Of a stretch of 36,588 nucleotides of DNA, positions 36,524 through 36,588 are shown piece after piece. The notes under the pieces were generated by a model. The model was not told the DNA's origin and ran no database searches. It saw only the letters and a list, made by a program, of their open reading frames with translations. Source of the DNA: Octopus bimaculoides (Eukaryota); NCBI RefSeq assembly GCF_001194135.2, contig NC_068984.1, positions 139,176,847 to 139,213,434 on the forward strand, given 5' to 3'. Position 1 is the stretch's first letter. Each line of letters starts with the position of its first letter. A program made the position numbers and the translations under genes.

Positions 36524-36588
<65 letters not shown>

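Overview
This is AT-rich, microsatellite- and retroelement-dense eukaryotic genomic DNA with five N-gaps. The SINE families look like those of Octopus, which is an inference from recalled repeat consensuses. There is no long intact ORF, and most listed ORFs are microsatellite or gap artefacts. Recognisable content: about 15 copies of a ~210-bp tRNA-derived SINE, CORE-type and other SINEs, decayed LINE fragments (CR1-like x3, Tx1/L1-like, RTE-like, RLE/R4-Dong-like x3 plus a probable 3'UTR stub), a Penelope-like RT fragment, probable Tigger- and hAT-like transposase remnants, and a degenerate 28S rRNA fragment. Two things stand out. (1) A candidate plus-strand spliced gene whose exons 6279-6437 and 14475-14586 join in phase to encode a 38-aa single-pass membrane micropeptide (MMELHVYGLVCIIILCTLASNIYIYYRRWCRFRHLYEE), invisible to the ORF track. 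(2) Two unrelated short repeat families with minimal type I hammerhead-ribozyme architecture, one joined to a Pol III tRNA-like head and present as an inverted pair. Gene models and family names were assigned by eye and need RNA-seq and database checks.
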